Part shown: piece by piece, positions 59,661 through 64,000 of the stretch
Numbering within the stretch: the first letter of the stretch is position 1
Layout: every line of letters starts with the position of its first letter
Assembly: GCA_030390025.1 (NCBI GenBank)
Contig: CM059432.1
Location: 45,758,001 to 45,822,000 of the forward strand
Length of the DNA: 64,000 nucleotides
Source: Squalus acanthias
Lineage: Eukaryota
Direction of reading: 5' to 3'
The notes under the pieces: generated by a model
What the model was told of the DNA's origin: nothing
Databases searched by the model: none
What the model saw: only the letters and a program-made list of their open reading frames with translations
Position numbers and translations under genes: made by a program

Positions 59661-62600
59661 ACATAAGAACATAAGAAATAGGAGCAGGAGTAGGCCAATC
59701 GGCCCCTCGAGCCTGCTCCGCCATTCAATAAGATCATGGCTGATCTGATCCTAACCTCAAATCTAAAGAACACAAGAAGTAGGAGCAGGACCTGGCCACT
59801 CAGCCCCTGGGCCCGCTCCGCCACCCACAGGGCCTTGACCGATCCGAACTCAGCCTCATGTCCAATTTCCTGCCCGCTCCCCGTAACCCCTAATTCCCTT
59901 TACCTCTAGGAAACTATCTATTTCTGTTTTAAATTTATTTAATGATGTAGCTTCCACAGCTTCCTGGGGCAGCAAATTCCACAAACCCACTACCCTCTGA
60001 GTGAAGAAGTTTCTCCTCATCTCAGTTTTGAAAGAGCAGCCCCTTATTCTAAGATTATGCCCCCTAGTTCTAGTTTCACCCATCCTTGGGAACATCCTTA
60101 CCGCATCCACCCGATCAAGCCCCTTCACAATCTTATATGTTTCAATAAGATCGCCTCTCATTCTTCTGAACTCCAATGAGAAGAGTCCCAATCTACTCAA
60201 CCTCTCCTCATATGTCCACCCCCTTATCCCCGGGATTAACCGAGTGAACCTTCTTTGTACTGCCTCGAGAGCAAGTATGTCTTTTCTTAAGTATGGACAC
60301 CAAAACTGTACGCAGTATTCCAGATGCGGTCTCACCAATACCTTATATAACTGCAGCAATACCTCCCTGTTTTTATAATCTATCCCCCTAGCAATAAAAG
60401 CCAACATTCCGTTGGCCTTCTTGATCACCTGCTGCACCTGCATACTAACTTTTTGATTTTCTTGCACTAGGACCCCCAGATCCCTTTGTACTGCAGTACT
60501 TTCCAGTTTCTCGCCATTAAGATAATCACTTGCTCTCTGATTTTTCCTGCCAAAGTGCATAACCTCACATTTTCCAATATTGTATTACATCTGCCAAATC
60601 TCCGCCCACTCACCCAGCTTGTCTATATCCCCTTGTAGGTTTTTTTGTCCTCCTCACTTTCTACTTTCCCTCCCATCTTTGTATCATCTGCAAACTTTGA
60701 TATGTTACACTCGGTCCCCTCCTCCAAATCGTTAATATAGATTGTAAAGAGTTGGGGACCCAGCACCGACCCCTGCGGAACACCACTGGCTACTGGTTGC
60801 CAGTCCGAGAATGAACCATTTATCCCAACTCTCTGCTTCCTGTTAGATAACCAATCCTCCACCCATGCCAGAATATTACCCCCAATCCAGTGATTTTTTT
60901 ATCTTGAGCAATAATCTTTTATGTGGCACCTTGTCGAATGCCTTCTGGAAGTCTAAATACACTACGTCCACTGGTTCCCCTTTATCCACCCTGTACGTTA
61001 TGTCCTCAAAGAACTCAAGCAAATTTGTCAGACATGACTTCCCCTTCATAAAGCCATGCTGACTTTGTCCTATTAAATTATGTTTATCTAAATGTTCCGT
61101 TACTGTCTCCTTAATAATAGACTCCAAAATTTTACCCACCACAGATGTTAGGCTAACTGGTCTATAATTTCCAGCCTTCTGCCTACTACCCTTTTTAAAT
61201 AAGGGTGTTACATTAGCAGTTTTCCAATCTGCCGGGACCTTTGCTGAGTCCACGGAATTTTGGAAAATTATTACCAAAGCATCCACAATCCCTACTGCCA
61301 CTTCCCTCAAGACCCTAGGATGTAAGCCATCAGGTCCAGGGGATTTATTCGCCTTGAGTCCCATTATTTTACTGAGTACCAATTCCTTAGTGATTTTAAT
61401 CATATTTAGCTCCTCCCCCCCTAGAGCCCCCTGTTTGTCCAGTGTTGGGATATTCTTAGTGTCCTCTACCATATTTGTTCAGCATTTTTGCCATCTCCAT
61501 GTTTCCCACCATTGATTTCCCGGTCTCATCCTCTAAGGGACCTACGTTTGCCTTAGCCGCCCTTTTTCTTTTTATATAACTATAGAAACTCTTGCTATCT
61601 GTTTTTATATTTTTTGCTAATTTATTTTCATAATCTATCTTCCCTTTCTTAATCAATCCTTTAGTTACTTTTTGCTGTCTTTTGAAGACTTCCCAATCTT
61701 CTATCCTCCCACTAAGTTTGGCTACCTTATATGTCCTTGTTTTTAGTCGGATACTATCCTTAATTTCTTTACTTAGCCACGGATGGCTGTCATTTCTTTT
61801 ACACCCTTTTTTCCTCAGTGGAATATATTTCTTTTGAAAGTTGTAAAATAACTCCTTAAATGAACACCACTGCTCATGTACCGTCTTACCCTTTAATCTA
61901 TTTTCCCAGTCCACTTTAATCAATTCTGCTCTCATACCATCATAGTCTCCTTTATTCAAGCTCAGTACGCTTGTTTGAGAACCAACCTTCTCACCCTCTA
62001 ATTGATATGGAATTCAACCATGTTATGGTCACTCATTCCAAGGGGATCCTTAACTAGGACATTATTAATTAATCCTGACTCATTACACAGGACCAGGTCC
62101 AAGGTTGCTTGCCCCCTTGTAGGATCAGTTACATACTGCTCAAGAAATCCATCCCTAATACATTCAATAAACTCTTCCTCAAGGCTGCCCTGCCCAATTT
62201 GATTTGTCCAGTTAATATGATAGTTAAAATCCCCCATAATTATAGCCGTTCCCTTATTACATGCCCCAACTATTTCCTGATTAATACTTCTTCCAGCAGA
62301 GTTGCAACTATTAGGAGGCCTATATACTACTCCCACTAGTGTTTTTTTCCCCTTATTATTCCTTATCTCCACCCAAACTGTTTCATTATCCTGATCCTTT
62401 GACCCAATATCATTTCTCTGTATTACAGTGATTCCTTCCTTTATTAACATAGGCACCCCACTTCCCCTTTCTTCCTGCCTGTCCTTCCTGATTGTTAAAT
62501 ACCCTGGCATATTTAGTTCCCAGTCGTTGTCACCCTGCAGCCATGTTTCTGTAATGGCCACAAGATCATACCCATACGTAGTTATTTGTGCCGTTAACTC

Positions 62601-62787
62601 GTCCATTTTGTTACGAATGCTACGTGCATTCAGATAAAGAACTTTCAAATATGTTTTGTGACACTTAGTTCCTGCTTTTTCCTTTTTTAACACTTTACCT
62701 TTTACTCCATACCTTCTGTCCCTTCCTGACACGCTTTCCTCTGTCTCCCTGCTCAGGTGCCCAACCCCCTGCCACTTCAGTTTAAAC
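59661..62787 (-). mobile_element. CR1 LINE, ORF2 region only, frameshifted
   Basis: APE (ITETWL, GDFN, SDHN) and RT fragments; truncated at the ORF1/ORF2 junction; (TTCTTATG)n tail. Confidence 0.94.
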
Positions 62788-64000
62788 GCTGACAGACATC
62801 ACGATCTGCCTACTCTGAATACTGCCGGCACACGCACGCCCTGCTCATGCTATCACCCACACCAAGATGGCGAACAGCGCGCGCTGCGCCAGACATGGGT
62901 GAAAACGAGATGGTCGCCATTTTTTTCCTGAAACTGACCTTAACTGCCAGCGCTAAGGTGCTGAATTTCGCGGCCTAGGTCTTTATCTGTTGTTTTCTCC
63001 TGTGTTTTCTGCTAGTTTCTGCAGTTTTTACAGATATACAACTGATAATCCTGCGAAAATTTGTTGAACCTTTGCCAAAATCTGAATGACTGCAGAGCTG
63101 GCCTCAAGGTACATGAGAAACGCCTTACGATGTTGCATAAAAATTACATAAGATCAAGAAGATGACAGGACACAAGGGAAACATAGATAAAGAAGATTGA
63201 AACTTTTTCATAATGAATTGGTCAGAGTTCCAATACGTTCAGCCATATCCAGATGAATAACTAAAAGCTGTTTGTTTAAAGGAATATCCATAACATCTCC
63301 ATCTATGGCTAGAACAGCATATTTGAGGGAACCTAGCATCTACTGATGCCACAACAATGCATTTAATCAGACGAGCCTGCCCTGACCTCCCTGAGCTGTT
63401 TGTTGGTTTGAATATATGTCAAAATTAAATGTTGGTGAAGGAAAAGTAAGAGATGATTGAATAGCAATTATGTATTTGCATTGAGAATGTTTTTGTTAAA
63501 TTAGGACATCCAGTAAAGACTAAAACCTCAGCTTTCAGTTATCAAGCCAATCATCATCTCAGCACATCTACATTTCCAAGCTCATTTCTGCAGCAGTGTT
63601 GCTCTGCAGCAAATTTAAAAGATTAACAGAGATGATGTGCCAGGAGATGAATTACGTTGATCAGAGCAGATTTGAACGAAGGTATCAGTGGCTTTTTTTT
63701 TAAGAAGAATGATTTTTAGAGACAAGATGCTTGTTTTCTGTGATGACCACTTGATTTATACAGAGCTACTGTAGTAGCAGTGGGATAACATTCCTTTTTA
63801 ACTTCATTTTGCTGATCAATATCAATTAAAATAACTTAAAGATTGATAGACTATTTTAGAATCAAATAAAAGCACATCAGCAAAAATAATGCAAATAAAT
63901 AGATTACTTGGCATTGAGACAACTTAGCAACTATAGCTGTCGCATTGGAATCAACCAAGAGAACTGTACAGACCCTGGACTTGGTTGATATTTGATCTCA

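Larger units (their letters stand above)
55982..62975. mobile_element. Two-gene Harbinger element D with a CR1 inserted in its right arm
   Basis: Ends GGGGGCTAAATT / AATTTCGCGGCC; flanks AAT vs TAG do not match. The element resumes at ~62788. Confidence 0.8.

Overview
Eukaryotic, transposon-dense vertebrate DNA. The mix of CR1 and L2 LINEs, tRNA-headed SINEs with L2 tails, Penelope elements and PIF/Harbinger elements suggests a cartilaginous fish (inference; species not determinable). The only recognisable host coding sequence is coding exon 1 of a RIPK2-like kinase on the minus strand (14037-14230), with kappaB-like sites upstream. Everything else identifiable is mobile DNA. This includes a near full-length CR1 LINE (ORF1 zinc-finger/SGNH esterase plus ORF2 APE-RT), a nested CR1 pile, and two solo LTRs. 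Several Penelope insertions form fold-back structures with 13-15 bp target duplications and carry minimal hammerhead ribozymes. A 21-kb cluster holds four degenerate two-gene Harbinger transposons (spliced Myb/SANT gene convergent with a HARBI1-type transposase), and there are many non-autonomous Harbinger-type MITEs. The most unusual signal is a ~760-bp MITE family (4 copies) with internal hairpins showing compensatory base changes and a cluster of three consensus 5' splice sites. A second, otherwise dissimilar MITE repeats this architecture. All calls are by eye; no database searches were run.
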